Positions 16,003 to 25,712 of a stretch of 32,000 nucleotides of DNA are shown here, piece after piece; the first letter of the stretch is position 1; each line of letters opens with the position of its first letter. The notes beneath the pieces are model-generated. The model did not search any database, was not told where the DNA came from, and saw only the letters and a program-made list of their open reading frames with translations. Both the position numbers and the translations under genes were made by a program. The DNA comes from Leptolyngbya sp. O-77 (GTDB lineage Bacteria; Cyanobacteriota; Cyanobacteriia; Elainellales; Elainellaceae), in the NCBI RefSeq assembly GCF_001548395.1, contig NZ_AP017367.1, forward strand, positions 4,859,775-4,891,774. The letters run 5' to 3'.

Positions 16003-16584
16003 ATGATGGCTCAAACTGAGACAAAACGCTATACCGCTGAAGAATATTTGGAACTTGAAGTTGCGTCGGAAACCCGCAACGAATATCGCGATGGAGAAAT
16101 TGTTCCTATGACGGGCGGCACCCCAAACCACAATGACATCGCAGGAAACTTATATATTCTGCTTAAATCTGCCCTTAAAGGAAAAGACCATCGGATCTTC
16201 TATGCTGATCAGCGGCTCTGGATTCCCGGCGCAAGTCTCTATACATATCCTGATGTGATGGTTTTGCCAAAGCCGCTAGAGTTGCAAGCTGGGCGAAAAG
16301 ACACGGTGATGAATCCCTGTTTTATTGCTGAGGTGTTGTCCAAATCAACCCGTAGCTATGACCGGAGTGATAAATTTGCAGCTTATCGCACCATCTCTAG
16401 CTTTCAGGAATACCTGCTCATTGATCAGGATAAAATCCACGTTGAGCATCATGTAAAAGTTGCGGAAAATCAATGGCTTTTTTCTGAATATAACGATCCA
16501 GAATTTAACCTTTCACTTCGCACATTAGATTTGCAAGTTCAGATTGCAGATCTCTACGAAAATATTGAGTTTTCTGAAAGTTAA
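16003..16584 (+). CDS. Uma2 (DUF820) family putative endonuclease (third paralogue; lower GC)
   Basis: YTAEEYLELE, EYRDGEIVPM, YPDVMVL and CFIAEVLSKST motifs. Confidence 0.8.
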   Translation: MMAQTETKRYTAEEYLELEVASETRNEYRDGEIVPMTGGTPNHNDIAGNLYILLKSALKGKDHRIFYADQRLWIPGASLYTYPDVMVLPKPLELQAGRKDTVMNPCFIAEVLSKSTRSYDRSDKFAAYRTISSFQEYLLIDQDKIHVEHHVKVAENQWLFSEYNDPEFNLSLRTLDLQVQIADLYENIEFSES

Positions 16585-16609
16585 ATAGAGGCTAAATGTT
16601 CGCTGGTTT

Positions 16610-18901
16610 CTAGCTATCTTGGCGATTGGCATGTCGCCATTTGGCACGGACGAGGCGAATCGAGTTGTAATCAATCGTTTCGCCCAGCGTGTTTTGGAGG
16701 TGTTCGTAAAGCGCCTTGAGCGATGCAGTGCCCACCGCTTCGATCGCCCCTTCGATTTTTGCCTGGCGATCGCCCGCCACTAGCTTACCTAAATCCACCG
16801 CCTGCCCCGCCTCCAGTAACTTATCCAGGTGGTTGTAAATCGTGTGGATGCCGCAGCCGCGTTTTTCGGCAATCTCTGCGGGTGATAAACCTTGCTGATG
16901 CAACTCCAGCGTATAAAACACCGTGCGAGACACAGATTTGAGACGCATCGCTGAACGCGACTCGGAGCGATCGCGCGGCGGTTTTGCATAGGCAAGTACA
17001 GGGTCAAACGAATCTTCCTCAGAATCACTAGGGATTGTGCCGATGCTGGGCGATCGCAGCGGGATGTCATGCTCTGTGCAAAAGTCGCGGATTTCGGTGA
17101 CGAACGCTTCGCCGTATTGACTCAGCTTGCGGCTGCCCACGCCAGAGATCCGCGCAAACTCACGCAGCGTGTGCGGCTGTTTCTCCGCCATTTGCCGCAG
17201 GCTGACATCCGAAAAGACCACGTAGGGCGGAACGTTTTGCGCGTCGGCGAGGCGCTTTCGCAACTGGCGCAGGCGCTCAAACAGGCTGTCGGCTTTGGGC
17301 CCGGTTTGTTTCAAGAAGCGATCGCCCACGGGGGCAGGTTCGTCGAGCGATCGCGCAGGCAGGGAAATCATCACCGTCCGCTGACCGCGCATCACTTCCC
17401 AACTCTGGGCGTTTAGCTTGGGGATAGAATAGCCGTCGGTGGTTTCATCCATCAAGCCCTGGTGTAAGAGCGATCGCCCCAGGTGTTTCCAGGCTTCGAT
17501 GCTGCGGTGTTTGCCAATGCCATAGGTGGAAAGCTTGTCATGCCCATATTGCAGCACTTTTTGGCTGCGAGAGCCGCGCAGCACGTCGATTAGGTGGTTC
17601 ATGCCAAAGCGCTCTTTGCACCGCGCTACGCAGGAGAGAAACTTTTGCGCGTCGATTGTCCAATCTTCCACCGGCCGCGGGTGCAGGCAGTTGTCGCAGT
17701 TCTGGCAATTGCCTACAAAGCTTTCGCCAAAGTACGCTAGCTGAATCTTGCGGCGGCAATCTGTCCCTTCGGCATAGTCCACCACGCGGCGGAGCTGCTG
17801 ACGGGCGATGCGCTGCTCGTCTTCGAGGGGCGCTCCGGTAATCGGATCGACCTTCTGAGAAATCATAAAATCGACTGTGTTCAAATCGCCATAGCCAAAG
17901 AACAGCGTGCATTTCGCCGGATCGCCATCGCGCCCCGCCCGGCCCGCTTCCTGATAATAATTTTCCAGGCTGCGCGGCAGGTCGTAGTGAATCACAAACC
18001 GCACGTCGGGCTTGTTGATGCCCATGCCAAAGGCGACCGTGGCCACCATCACGCGCACGTCATCGCGGATAAAGCGGGTTTGATTCGTAGTGCGGGTTTC
18101 ATCCTCCAGTCCGGCGTGATATGGCAGCGCCTCAATGCCGTCCTGCTGGAGCCGGAAGGTAAGTTCGTCTACCTTTTTGCGGCTGAGGCAATAGACGATT
18201 CCAGCGCCGGGGGTTTGGCGAATCAGTTGCAGCAGGTCGCGATACACATCGCGCCGCTTAGGGCGCACTTCGTAATACAGGTTCGTGCGGTTGAAGCTGG
18301 CGACGTGGATGCGTGGGTTCCGCAGGGTGAGTTGAGCAACGATATCTTCCTGGACGCGCTGGGTGGCGGTGGCCGTCAGCGCTGTCATGGGCACGGCGGG
18401 ATAGCGCTGGCGCAGGGTTTTAAGCTGGCGATATTCCGGGCGAAAGTCGTGACCCCATTCTGACAAACAGTGGGCTTCGTCGATGGCAAAGGCGGCAATG
18501 CCCACTTCGGCATTGATGCGCTCCAAAAACGGCAAGAAGCGATCGCCCATCAATCGCTCTGGCGCGACATACAGCAGCTTGATTTTGCCCGCCAGCACCG
18601 CCTGTTCCGTCGATCGCAGTTCCGCCAGCCCCAGGCTGCTATTCAAAAACGCCGCGCCAATGCCGTTGTCTTGCAACGCCTGCACCTGATCCTGCATCAG
18701 CGCAATCAGCGGCGACACCACAATCGTCACGCCGTCCATCAGCAGCGCCGGAAGCTGGTAGCAAATCGACTTGCCGCCGCCCGTTGGCATGATTACAAGC
18801 TGGTCGCGTCGGGCGATCGCCGTGTCGATGATCTCGCGCTGTCCGGGGCGAAAGGCATCATAGCCGAAGTAGAATTTGAGGGCTTCTTCGGGAGTGGGCA
18901 T
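16610..18901 (-). CDS. recQ: ATP-dependent DNA helicase RecQ with a C-terminal HTH extension
   Basis: FGYDAFRPGQREII, MPTGGGKS, DEAH, the Zn-binding CxxCDNC, an HRDC-like region, then an HTH-like tail. Start taken at MPTPEE (18901). Confidence 0.9.
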   Translation of the reverse strand: MPTPEEALKFYFGYDAFRPGQREIIDTAIARRDQLVIMPTGGGKSICYQLPALLMDGVTIVVSPLIALMQDQVQALQDNGIGAAFLNSSLGLAELRSTEQAVLAGKIKLLYVAPERLMGDRFLPFLERINAEVGIAAFAIDEAHCLSEWGHDFRPEYRQLKTLRQRYPAVPMTALTATATQRVQEDIVAQLTLRNPRIHVASFNRTNLYYEVRPKRRDVYRDLLQLIRQTPGAGIVYCLSRKKVDELTFRLQQDGIEALPYHAGLEDETRTTNQTRFIRDDVRVMVATVAFGMGINKPDVRFVIHYDLPRSLENYYQEAGRAGRDGDPAKCTLFFGYGDLNTVDFMISQKVDPITGAPLEDEQRIARQQLRRVVDYAEGTDCRRKIQLAYFGESFVGNCQNCDNCLHPRPVEDWTIDAQKFLSCVARCKERFGMNHLIDVLRGSRSQKVLQYGHDKLSTYGIGKHRSIEAWKHLGRSLLHQGLMDETTDGYSIPKLNAQSWEVMRGQRTVMISLPARSLDEPAPVGDRFLKQTGPKADSLFERLRQLRKRLADAQNVPPYVVFSDVSLRQMAEKQPHTLREFARISGVGSRKLSQYGEAFVTEIRDFCTEHDIPLRSPSIGTIPSDSEEDSFDPVLAYAKPPRDRSESRSAMRLKSVSRTVFYTLELHQQGLSPAEIAEKRGCGIHTIYNHLDKLLEAGQAVDLGKLVAGDRQAKIEGAIEAVGTASLKALYEHLQNTLGETIDYNSIRLVRAKWRHANRQDS

Positions 18902-19030
18902 GAGAATGGATAAAGAGGGAGTGAGAGTGAGAGATGCTGGGGTGAGGAATCGTCCCCAATTTTTGCAGCACTGATTCAAGCTTACCCAAGCTGGCTAGTT
19001 ATCTTTGATGGTCTACCTAGTGCAAGGTCG

Positions 19031-19329
19031 TTCGGAGTGGCGACTCGTTCGTAGTGGCGACTTCAGTCGCCCGATTCAAGGCTTCGGAGTGGCGACTTCA
19101 GTCGCCCGATTCAAGGCTTCGTAGTGGCGACTTCAGTCGCCCGATTCAAGGCTTCGGAGTGGCGACTTCAGTCGCCCGATTCAAGGCTTCGGAGTGGCGA
19201 CTTCAGTCGCCCGATTCAAGGCTTCGGAGTGGCGACTTCAGTCGCCCGATTCAAGGCTTCGTAGTGGCGACTTCAGTCGCCCGATTCAAGGCTTTTCGGA
19301 GGCAGACTAAAGTCTGCACTACAAACTAG
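19031..19329. repeat. 35-bp tandem array (7 full units plus a degenerate leader). Each unit holds the hairpin GGCGAC-TTCA-GTCGCC. The array ends with a related hairpin, GCAGACT-AA-AGTCTGC.
   Basis: Hairpins start at 19056, 19091, 19126, 19161, 19196, 19231 and 19266, an exact 35-bp period. The only variation is G/T in cgGagt versus cgTagt. Confidence 0.95.
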
Positions 19330-19462
19330 GGGCAAAACTTCTGCCTCAGAGTATCTTGAGGAGCTACCGGCCCTTGATTTCAGCCTAATTTCACACTGCC
19401 ATCTGGAATCTGCCTGGCGCATAGTGGAAACAAGGTATAGGAAAGTTTTGGAGCATTGACAG

Positions 19463-20395
19463 ATGATGAAATCTGCACCGACCAATACAGCCTGGGGCTT
19501 GCTGGCGGCGGGGGCGATCACCCTCTTTTTGGCATTCAATTCCTTCGTGGTGATTAATCCCGGCCAGGCCGGCGTGCTGAGCATTCTCGGCAAGGCCCAG
19601 GACGGCACGCTGCTGGAGGGCATCCACCTGAAGCCGCCGTTCGTCTCTAAAGTGGATATTTACGATGTCACGGTGCAAAAGTTTGAAGTGCCCGCCCAGA
19701 GTTCTACCAAGGATTTGCAGTATCTTTCCGCCAGTTTTGCGATTAACTTCCGGCTTGACCCCATGCGAATTGTGGAAATTCGCCGCAAACAGGGCACATT
19801 AGCCAACATTGTCACCAAAGTCATTGCACCCCAGACCCAAGAAGCCTTCAAAATTGCCGCCGCCCGCCGCACGGCCGAAGAGTCCATTACCCAGCGAGAG
19901 GAGTTGAGGCAGGATTTTGACATTGCCCTTAGCCAGCGGCTAGAGAAATATGGCATTTTGCTGCTGGATACCAGCGTGGTGGATGTCAAATTTTCAGATG
20001 AATTTGCCCATGCGGTGGAAGATAAGCAAATTGCCGAACAGCAGGCACAGCGAGCGGTCTACATCGCGCAACAGGCTCAGCAAGAGGCCCAGGCAGAAAT
20101 CAACCGCGCCAAGGGCAAGGCAGAAGCGCAACGGCTTTTGGCAGAAACGCTGAAAAGTGCAGGCGGGCAACTGGTGCTGCAAAAGGAGGCGATCGAGGCA
20201 TGGCGAGAGGGGGGTGCCCAGATGCCTCGCGTGCTGGTGATGGGCAAGGATGCCGGGAGTGTGCCGTTTTTGTTCAATCTGGGAGATCCAGGAGATCCAG
20301 ACGAGGAGCTAGTCGCACAAACCGTGGATTCAAACGGCGATCGCCCCCGCCCCAACAGCAAATCGGGCAGTAAAGTCAGCAGCAAGGATCTATAG
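19463..20395 (+). CDS. SPFH/band-7 (prohibitin-like) membrane protein
   Basis: N-terminal TM, an SPFH core, and a coiled-coil AEQQAQRA...AQQEAQAEINRAKGKAEAQR segment. Confidence 0.85.
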   Translation: MMKSAPTNTAWGLLAAGAITLFLAFNSFVVINPGQAGVLSILGKAQDGTLLEGIHLKPPFVSKVDIYDVTVQKFEVPAQSSTKDLQYLSASFAINFRLDPMRIVEIRRKQGTLANIVTKVIAPQTQEAFKIAAARRTAEESITQREELRQDFDIALSQRLEKYGILLLDTSVVDVKFSDEFAHAVEDKQIAEQQAQRAVYIAQQAQQEAQAEINRAKGKAEAQRLLAETLKSAGGQLVLQKEAIEAWREGGAQMPRVLVMGKDAGSVPFLFNLGDPGDPDEELVAQTVDSNGDRPRPNSKSGSKVSSKDL

Positions 20396-20499
20396 AAATC
20401 TGTAAAAGACCTATGATGCTTCCTGGTTGCTTCTCATCAAGCAGCCTCGATCCAGCAACCTGTGCTAGGGCGATCGCCCCTCTCTCCTTCTGCAAACCC

Positions 20500-20916
20500 A
20501 TGCTGCAAAATCTCGCGTTCCGAACCCCAATGGCGATCGCCCTAGGAGCCATCCTCGGTGCCCTCAGCCGCTACTTTCTCAGCAGTTGGATTTCCCACTG
20601 GGGCGGGTCTGACTTGCCCTTGGGTACGCTGCTGGTCAACCTGACGGGCTGTTTTGGTATGGGGCTATTGGCGACGCTGTTTAGCCAGCGGGTGCTGGGT
20701 CATGCGCCCGAACTCCAGCTCATGCTGACGACCGGGTTTCTCGGCTCCTACACCACCTTCTCCAGCTATGAGCTAGACCTGGCGCGGCTGGCCTATCGGC
20801 GAGAACTGTTGGCCGACGGGCTATATTGGGGCGCGAGTACCCTGCTGGGGTTCGGGAGCCTGCTGCTGGGGGTGTGGGTCGCTAGGGCGATCGCCCCGCC
20901 TGTCACCCTAGATTGA
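20500..20916 (+). CDS. crcB: Fluoride ion channel CrcB (copy 1)
   Basis: GALSRY..., GTLLVNLTGCF and GFLGSYTTFSSY motifs. The start is uncertain (20413, 20500 or 20529). Confidence 0.8.
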   Translation: MLQNLAFRTPMAIALGAILGALSRYFLSSWISHWGGSDLPLGTLLVNLTGCFGMGLLATLFSQRVLGHAPELQLMLTTGFLGSYTTFSSYELDLARLAYRRELLADGLYWGASTLLGFGSLLLGVWVARAIAPPVTLD

Positions 20917-20950
20917 CCCAAAGCTTGATCCAAACTACCCCTCCCTCATC

Positions 20951-21364
20951 ATGTCTGCTGGATCAGATTCGCTACCGCTAACCGTGCTGCTCATTTCCCT
21001 GGGCGCGGTGCTGGGCGCATGGAGCCGCTACTATGTCACCCGATTTTGCACCCGGCGGTTTGGGCTGGACTTTCCTGTGGGGACGCTGCTGGTGAACCTG
21101 TCTGGGTCGCTGCTGATGGGCGTGGCGGCGGGGCTGTTTCGCATTCGCTTTGCGCTGCCCAATCTCGATCACCTGTTTATGGTTGGGTTTTTCGGCTCCT
21201 ACACGACCTTTTCCACCTACGCGCTGGATGTCCATGCCCTGTTTCGACGAAAGGCGATCGCCCCAGCACTGCTCTTTTGGCTGGGCAGTCCGCTGGCGGG
21301 GTTTCTGTGTGTAGAACTGGGCATCTTGCTGGCGCTCTGGCTAACGGGGGGAATTTCCTCCTGA
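20951..21364 (+). CDS. crcB: Fluoride ion channel CrcB (copy 2)
   Basis: GAWSRYY, GTLLVNLSGSL and GFFGSYTTFSTY motifs. A tandem crcB pair suggests a heterodimer. Confidence 0.85.
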   Translation: MSAGSDSLPLTVLLISLGAVLGAWSRYYVTRFCTRRFGLDFPVGTLLVNLSGSLLMGVAAGLFRIRFALPNLDHLFMVGFFGSYTTFSTYALDVHALFRRKAIAPALLFWLGSPLAGFLCVELGILLALWLTGGISS

Positions 21365-21398
21365 GAGGAGGGTGAAGAATTCCAACAGGCAGACTAGG

Positions 21399-23492
21399 AT
21401 GAGGCTGACACATTTGCACATCCAAGGGTTGCCTGTGGTTCTTCAACCTGCCCTCGTGGCGTTCATTTTCCGGCCGATTACCGACCCGGTGGCAGTGTTT
21501 TTGGTGATTATCGCCATCATGCTGGTGTCGCCGCTGGTGTTTGAGCGGATTCGGCTACCGGGAATTGTAGGGCTGATTTTGGCTGGGCTAATTGTGGGGC
21601 CCTACGGGCTGAACATTTTGGAGCGCGACAGCACGATCGTTCTGCTGGGAACCGTAGGGCTGCTGTTTCTAATGTTTATGGCGGGGCTGGAAACCAGCCT
21701 GGATGACCTGAAAACGAACGCCAAGGGAGCCATTTCCTTTGGGCTGGCCACATTCTTGATTCCCATGATTATGGGCACGGTGGCGATGCTGCTGCTGGGC
21801 TATTCGTTTTTGGCGGCAATCCTGGTTGCGTCCTGTTTTGCGTCACATACGCTGCTGTCTCTGCCCATTGCCAGCAAGCTGGGCATCATGCGGACGCAAA
21901 CCGTCACGATTACGCTGGGTGGCACACTGATTACCAACGTGCTGGCGCTGCTGGTGCTGGCGGTGGTGGTGAAGGCGCACCAGGGCGACCTAACGCTCAG
22001 CTTTTGGCTATTTCTGATTCCGTCGCTGGCAATCTATACCTTTGCGACGCTGTGGGGCGTGCCGCGCATCGGGCGCTGGTTTTTTCAGCGGTTTGGACAC
22101 GACGAAGGGGCCGAATTTACCTTTGTGGTGGCGGCGCTGTTTCTGGTGTCCTACGTGGCGCGGCTAATCGAGATTGAGCCAATTATTGGCGCGTTTTTGG
22201 CGGGCGTGGCGATCGCCCCCCTGATCCCCCAGTTCAGCCCGCTAATGAACCGGATTCAGTTCATCGGCAACAGCCTATTTGTGCCGTTTTTTCTGATTTC
22301 GGTGGGAATGTTGGTCAACCCGCTGATTCTGCTTCAGGAACCCAAGTCGATTGCGGTGGCGGCGGTGATGGTGGGCGTGGCAATTGTGGCGAAGTATCTG
22401 CCCGCCTGGATGACAGCCAAGTGGTTTCGCCTCAGCCCCCCCAGCATGATGGTCATGTTTGGGCTGTCGGTGGCGCAGGCGGCTTCCACCCTGGCGGCAA
22501 TCACCGTTGCCTACAATATCGAACTCGTGGGATCAGCGACCGTGAATGGCACGATCATGATGATTCTGGTGACCTGCATCGCGTCGCCGTGGATTACCTC
22601 GCGCTGGGGCGATCGCATCCCCGTTGCCTCCGACATGGCAGCCGAACCCGCCTCAACGCTGGTCGCCGATTCGCAAAAAGAACTGAAAACCGTACCGCTG
22701 CGGGTGCTGGTGCCCGTCGCCAACCCCGACACCGAAGCCAACCTGCTGCAACTGGCGCTGATTTTGGTGCGCTCTACCGAGGGGACGCTGCTGCCGCTGC
22801 ACGTCCTGCCCGATTCACAAGACTGGGTGACAGCGGCCGACAAAAGTCAGCAAATGATGCTGCTGGGTGCGGCAGAAACTCTCGCCAACGCGGCTGTGGC
22901 CGATGTGGAACCCATCGGACGCATCGACGACGCTATCGACCGGGGCATTTTGCGGACGGCGCAGGAGCGGGATGCGAACCTGATCGTCTGCGGCTGGAAG
23001 GGGTTTTCTACTTACCGGGATCACCTGTTTGGCAGCGTCATCGACAATGTGGTGCGGCGGGCAGGCATTCCCGTTTTGGTGACGCGGCTGATGCAGCCGA
23101 TGAACACGGTAGAGCGGGTGCTGCTGGTGGTGACGGCGGAAGACTTTGCCTCGCCGCAGTTTGCCGATGCGCTGGCGCTGGTGAAGGGGCTGGCGACGGG
23201 GCTAAAGGCGACCTTTGTGCTGGGGCTGGCCATGTCAGACGAGGCGATCGCCACCAATCACCTCGACTCGCTCAAAAGCGAACTAAAAGATTCGGTCTAT
23301 CCGCTGCACGGCGACATCGTTCGCAGCCTGTCGTACATTCTCGACCCAAACGATCTGCTGGTGGTGCTGCATGAAACGCGGCCCTATGCCCCCTATGCCT
23401 TTGGCCAGCCGACGCTGGGCGTGACTCCAGAGGCGATCGCCCGCCAATATCGCGCTGTGTCGATGGCGATCGTCAACTTGCCAGGTGGCTGA
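21399..23492 (+). CDS. Cation:proton antiporter (CPA2/Kef-like) with C-terminal universal-stress-protein-like domains
   Basis: About 400 aa of polytopic membrane domain (RLPGIVGLILAGLIVGP), then two alpha/beta USP-like modules. The start is uncertain (GTG 21372 or ATG 21399). Confidence 0.8.
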   Translation: MRLTHLHIQGLPVVLQPALVAFIFRPITDPVAVFLVIIAIMLVSPLVFERIRLPGIVGLILAGLIVGPYGLNILERDSTIVLLGTVGLLFLMFMAGLETSLDDLKTNAKGAISFGLATFLIPMIMGTVAMLLLGYSFLAAILVASCFASHTLLSLPIASKLGIMRTQTVTITLGGTLITNVLALLVLAVVVKAHQGDLTLSFWLFLIPSLAIYTFATLWGVPRIGRWFFQRFGHDEGAEFTFVVAALFLVSYVARLIEIEPIIGAFLAGVAIAPLIPQFSPLMNRIQFIGNSLFVPFFLISVGMLVNPLILLQEPKSIAVAAVMVGVAIVAKYLPAWMTAKWFRLSPPSMMVMFGLSVAQAASTLAAITVAYNIELVGSATVNGTIMMILVTCIASPWITSRWGDRIPVASDMAAEPASTLVADSQKELKTVPLRVLVPVANPDTEANLLQLALILVRSTEGTLLPLHVLPDSQDWVTAADKSQQMMLLGAAETLANAAVADVEPIGRIDDAIDRGILRTAQERDANLIVCGWKGFSTYRDHLFGSVIDNVVRRAGIPVLVTRLMQPMNTVERVLLVVTAEDFASPQFADALALVKGLATGLKATFVLGLAMSDEAIATNHLDSLKSELKDSVYPLHGDIVRSLSYILDPNDLLVVLHETRPYAPYAFGQPTLGVTPEAIARQYRAVSMAIVNLPGG

Positions 23493-23539
23493 GCCTGCCC
23501 ATCTCCCGCCCATCTCCCGCCAATCCTCGAAGGAAAAAT

Positions 23540-23581
23540 CCGCAGCATATCTTTCGCAGCATATCTTCCGCAGCATATCTG
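23540..23581. repeat. 14-bp tandem repeat CGCAGCATATCTT, 3 copies
   Basis: ccgcagcatatctt / tcgcagcatatctt / ccgcagcatatctg. Preceded by two copies of gcccatctccc. Confidence 0.85.
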
Positions 23582-23653
23582 GAGACCCGGCTGGTTAGCT
23601 GGCTTAGGCGTGTTTGAAATTCGCTTAAACAGGGAATTTTTAAATCAGCACTG

Positions 23654-25648
23654 ATGCTGATTTTAATTGCTGAATTAATATTCTCTGTGTGTATGCCCAA
23701 CCAATCCTGCCAGTCGGAATGGGAAACCTTGCAGCAGCGCAACCAGCAGCTTGAGCAAGAATTGCAAACCCTCACCCAGACCAATCTTGCGCTGACACAC
23801 GAGATCGAACAGCTCAGACAAGCAGAAACCCAACATCAGCACACCGAAGCTGCACTAAAGCAATACGCCGACGAGATCGCCGATCTCTACAACAACGCAC
23901 CCTGTGGCTACCATTCTCTCGACCCCAACGGCATCATTGTGCAAATCAATGACACCGAACTGGGCTGGCTGGGCTACGCCAGAGAAGAAGTCCTTGGCAA
24001 AATGCACATCACAGAACTGCTCACGCCAGAGGGCGGGGCGGCGTTTCGTGCTGGGTTTGCTCAGTTCAAACAAGAGGGTGAGTCCAGGGATCTAGAATTC
24101 GATTTGGTTTGCAAGGATGGTTCGACCTTTCCGGTGTTGCTAACCAGCAGCGTTATCTACGACGCAGATGGCAACTATGTCATGAGTCGGTCTACGGTGT
24201 TTGATATTCGAGAGCGCAAACGCGCAGAACAGTCCTTGCGACAGGCCAAAGAGGCGCTGGAGTCGGTGGTGAAGGAACGCACGCTAGAACTCCAGGCAAT
24301 CGTATATCAGCTCCGCCAGGAGCAAGAATTTACTCAGGTGGTGGTGGAAAATGTGTCGGATGGCGTGGTGGCCTGCGATGCCGAGGGGCGGCTAAAGTTG
24401 TTTAACCGGGCGGCCCGCGAGTGGCATGGCTGCGACCCGCGAGAGGTGCCGCCAGAATTGTGGGCAACGCTATATGACCTCTACGAAGCAGATGGCGTAA
24501 CGCCGCTGGCGACCGAACGGATTCCGCTGCTGCGGGCATTTCAGGGTGAGTCGGTGCGGCAGGCGGGCATGGCGATCGCCGCTCAGGGCCAGGAAACGCG
24601 CTACATTCTGGCCAGCGGTGACCCCCTGTTTGACGCAAGCGGGCACAAGATTGGCGCAGTGGTGGCGATGCACGATATCACCGAGCGGCGAAAATCGGAA
24701 GCGGCGCTGCGCCAGTCAGAAGCTCAACTGCGACAGCGAACCCAGGAGCTAGAAGAAGCACTGCGAGAGCTACAGCGCACCCAATCGCAACTGGTGCAGA
24801 GCGAAAAAATGTCATCCTTGGGGCAATTGGTGGCCGGTGTGGCGCATGAAATTAACAATCCCGTGAATTTTATCTACGGGAACCTGGCCCACGCCAACGC
24901 CTACACACAGGATTTGCTGAACTTGGTTCGGCTGTATCAGCAGCACTATCCCAACCCAGTGCCTGCGGTTCAGCAAGAGATTCAGCAGGTTGATTTGGAT
25001 TTCTTACTTGCAGACTTGCCCAGACTGCTGTCGTCGATGCGGGTAGGGGCCGAGCGGATTCAGAAGATTGTGGCTTCGCTGCGGACGTTTTCTCGCATGG
25101 ACGAGGCGGAGTGCAAGGCAGTGGATATTCACGAGGGCATCGACAGCACGCTGATGATTTTGCAAAATCGCCTGAAGGCCAAGGGCGATCGCCCAGAAAT
25201 TCAGGTCATCAAGCACTATGGCATCTTACCTTTGGTGGAATGCTACGCCGGCCAACTGAATCAGGTGTTTATGAACATTCTGGCAAATGCCATCGATGCG
25301 CTGGAGGAATCCTACGCGCTCGGCCGCTGGAACCCAAACATGCTGCCCAACTTGGGCGATCGCCCCATAGACTCTCCCAGTGGGCCGATGATCACGATCC
25401 AGACCGAACAGGTTAGCCCCAGTTCGATTGCAATTCGCATTGCCGACAACGGCATCGGCATGTCTGCTGCCGTCCAACAGCGCCTCTTCGATCCGTTCTT
25501 TACGACCAAACCCGTCGGCAAGGGGACGGGCATGGGCCTCTCGATCAGCTACCAAATTATTACCGAGCGGCATCAGGGTACGCTGCGCTGCTGCTCAGAA
25601 GTGGGCCAGGGCACTGAGTTTATGATTCAGATTCCGGTGCGTCAGTAA
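23654..25648 (+). CDS. Soluble sensor histidine kinase (coiled coil, two PAS-like domains, HisKA, HATPase_c)
   Basis: H-box VAGVAHEINNPVNF, N-box NILANAIDA, G1 DNGIGM, G2 GKGTGMGLS. No TM segments. The alternative start is 23693. Confidence 0.85.
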   Translation: MLILIAELIFSVCMPNQSCQSEWETLQQRNQQLEQELQTLTQTNLALTHEIEQLRQAETQHQHTEAALKQYADEIADLYNNAPCGYHSLDPNGIIVQINDTELGWLGYAREEVLGKMHITELLTPEGGAAFRAGFAQFKQEGESRDLEFDLVCKDGSTFPVLLTSSVIYDADGNYVMSRSTVFDIRERKRAEQSLRQAKEALESVVKERTLELQAIVYQLRQEQEFTQVVVENVSDGVVACDAEGRLKLFNRAAREWHGCDPREVPPELWATLYDLYEADGVTPLATERIPLLRAFQGESVRQAGMAIAAQGQETRYILASGDPLFDASGHKIGAVVAMHDITERRKSEAALRQSEAQLRQRTQELEEALRELQRTQSQLVQSEKMSSLGQLVAGVAHEINNPVNFIYGNLAHANAYTQDLLNLVRLYQQHYPNPVPAVQQEIQQVDLDFLLADLPRLLSSMRVGAERIQKIVASLRTFSRMDEAECKAVDIHEGIDSTLMILQNRLKAKGDRPEIQVIKHYGILPLVECYAGQLNQVFMNILANAIDALEESYALGRWNPNMLPNLGDRPIDSPSGPMITIQTEQVSPSSIAIRIADNGIGMSAAVQQRLFDPFFTTKPVGKGTGMGLSISYQIITERHQGTLRCCSEVGQGTEFMIQIPVRQ

Positions 25649-25668
25649 GGGCGATTGCCACCTGGACT

Positions 25669-25703
25669 CGCCCCTCGCCTTTGCTGAAAGAGACAGAGGG
25701 GCG
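25669..25703. terminator. Hairpin CGCCCCTC-N19-GAGGGGCG between convergent genes
   Basis: 8-bp GC-rich stem read directly. There is no clear U tract. Confidence 0.3.
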
Positions 25704-25712
25704 GGAAATGCA

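Noticed and set aside
19031-19329. 35-bp direct repeats as a possible CRISPR array
   Set aside because: The units are contiguous, with no unique spacers between them, and there are no cas genes nearby. It is a minisatellite of hairpins. The 91-aa ORF 19054-19329 is only the repeat translated.
20396-20499. Fluoride (crcB-motif) riboswitch upstream of crcB
   Set aside because: I could not find the conserved P1/pseudoknot elements by eye. A covariance-model scan is needed to be sure.
22421-23374. 317-aa alternative-frame ORF inside the antiporter gene, with similar long out-of-frame ORFs elsewhere (e.g. 8248-9165, 8822-9514, 371-832)
   Set aside because: These are R/A/G/P-rich translations typical of off-frame reading in high-GC coding DNA. 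Each overlaps a gene with clear family motifs.
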